Source: Malacoraja senta | Taxonomy: Eukaryota | DNA: 64,000 bases | Reading direction: 5' to 3' | Assembly (NCBI GenBank): GCA_038087875.1 | Contig: JAXLNO010004831.1 | Coordinates: 1-64,000 of the forward strand | In this document: piece after piece, positions 62,206 through 64,000 of the stretch | Layout: every line of letters begins with the position of its first letter | Numbering within the stretch: the first letter of the stretch is position 1 | The notes under the pieces: generated by a model | Databases searched by the model: none | The model's input: only the letters and a program-made list of their open reading frames with translations | What the model was told of the DNA's origin: nothing | Translations under genes and position numbers: made by a program

Positions 62206-63105
62206 AAGGTACAGGAGCCTTAAAACTGTAACGCCAGGTTCAGGAATAACTTCTACCCTACAGCCTTTAGGCTATTAAACACTACAGCCTTAAACAAGCT
62301 CTTAACTACATAGACTATTATTGTTATTGTTGCACCATTATTGTTTGTTTTTTGTGTGTACATACGAGTGAGTGTGTGTGTATATATATATATATGAATA
62401 TGATCTGTATATATGTGTATTTGTGAGTATGTGTATATATATACACACCCAGATATTTTTATTTCTTGTTTCTTATATTGTTTACAGTGTACTATGTTTA
62501 CATATTCTGTTGTGCTTGCTGCAAGTAAGAATGTCATTGTTCTATCTAGGACATCTCTATATAACTAAAAGTCTTTGGCTTGTTTGTGCCCACGGTGTGT
62601 CTCTGTGTGTGTCAATCTGGTTAATTCCTATCTTCTTCCTAATGCTAGTTCACAGCTTTCTCATTTTCACACGTCGTACTCACATTTTCCCGTGGTGGCG
62701 ATAAACATCTTCCCGTCACATTTCCACCTATATTTCCGAAGTTATTAATCGTTAAATTTTTTTAAACAGTCTGATTTCTTCAAACTCTTCCATTTTGGAA
62801 ACAAAATCCGAGTGACTTCACAATGCACTCGCAAGGTAGGACAGGACCACTCCAGGAGGGATAGGCACTCCAGTGCTCCAACCCTCCCTCCCCCCTCCCC
62901 ACCCCCCTCCATTGCACCAATCACGATGGGCTCTCAAGCTGCCGAGTGCCACACCCCCTGCCCCCTCCCCCTCATCATGATTAAAGTTTTTTTTTAAGCC
63001 AAACGGGTTGCGTTGGGGGAACGGATGAGTACTGGAATATTTCGTTGGGGGAGCAGACCCGGTCTGCACTTGGTCTAGTATGACAATAAAACAATATTGA
63101 CTCTT
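62205..63105 (+). mobile_element. Rex1/Babar-like LINE 3' end split by a Helitron
   Basis: RFRNNFYPTAFRLLN-like C-terminus; tail ...CTAGGACA|TATGACAATAAAACAATATTGACTCTTGA rejoins when 62554-63078 is removed. Confidence 0.7.
62554..63078 (+). mobile_element. Non-autonomous Helitron (second)
   Basis: 5' TCTCTATATAACTAAAAGTCT; 3' hairpin GCAGAC-CCG-GTCTGC then ACTTGGTCTAG; inserted at A|T. Confidence 0.82.
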
Positions 63106-64000
63106 GAATGTACATAAAGTATCTTTGGATTCTTTGCCAGAGTTGACACCAAAATTGATAAGTATATTAGGTAATGATAATTGTTGTCTAAGATTACAAA
63201 ATAATTTTGATCAACCGGAAAGGTATGGAGGTGAGGGGATGGGAGGTGAGGGGGTGTGGGGAAGGAATGCCAATTGAAATCTAACTCAAACAAGTGTGAT
63301 TTGATGCCTTTTGGGAAGTCAAATCAGGGCTGGCCAAATCTATTGCAGGATTGTAAATGGAGCTGTACCTTGGTGTACAATTACATAGTTCCCTGAAAAT
63401 GGCATCATAGTTTGATAGGGTAGTGAAGGGAATATATGTCTGAAGAATCGCCTCGACCCAAAACGTCACCCATTCCTTCTCTCCAGAAATATTGCCGCTG
63501 AGTCTCTCTAGCTTTTTGTGTCTATCTTCGGTTTAAATTAGCATCTGCTGTTCATCCCTACACAGAGTATATGTTATGCCTTGTTTCCTCAGCCATGGTA
63601 CTGAGGACTAGGGTTGGGGTGTCGTGTTACAGTTGTACAGAATGTTGAACAGGCAACCATTAATCTGTCCAGGGGCTCAGCTGATTTGTTGCACAATAGA
63701 CTCTAATCCAAGGTCTGAACTCTGAAAAGAAAATCAAGAAATTCAAGTTGCCACTCATCCAGGGGCTGAATAACAAAACACATCTTAGTTTTGCTTATCT
63801 GGCTTGAGAACTCTTAACATTGATCTATTTTCCTTCATAGTGTACTCCCTTTATAAAATGGCCATTCCCAGACATCTATCCTGTGTCCACACTGTTTTCC
63901 AAGGGCACCTCACCTATTTACAGCTCTGCTCTCAACAAGTATCAATCACATTATCCCTCTCTCTATCTATCACCTCCATCTCACTATATCTCTCTCTCTC

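Overview
Repeat-dense vertebrate genomic DNA, most likely from a cartilaginous fish (skate/ray-like, judged from HE1-type tRNA SINEs, CR1/L2/L1/Tx1/Rex/Penelope LINE debris and the MHC sequence). Two host loci could be reconstructed by eye. (1) A minus-strand, intron-containing SUN1/SUN2-family (LINC complex) pseudogene: 8 exons between 5303 and 24869 with phase-compatible splice sites, two in-frame TAA codons and a 1-bp deletion in the SUN domain. (2) A plus-strand non-classical MHC class I heavy-chain gene: alpha1 46550-46810, alpha2 48559-48834, alpha3 50037-50309, TM+tail 53504-53730, all open. It has lost most peptide-anchoring residues, has four extra alpha2 cysteines, and its best candidate leader exon (42713-42824) carries an in-frame TAA followed by ACG. 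Mobile elements with resolvable ends: a 4.9-kb DIRS1-type tyrosine-recombinase retrotransposon with ITR/ICR architecture, a 3-kb hAT transposon with 14-bp TIRs and 8-bp TSD nested in a CR1, two non-autonomous Helitrons, Harbinger-like MITEs, and many Penelope-derived units carrying minimal hammerhead ribozyme cores, often as long palindromes. A CpG-rich segment at ~3.7-4.8 kb holds an unexplained ~110-bp inverted repeat with mirrored ATG/splice-donor mini-exons. All family assignments come from motif recognition, not database searches.
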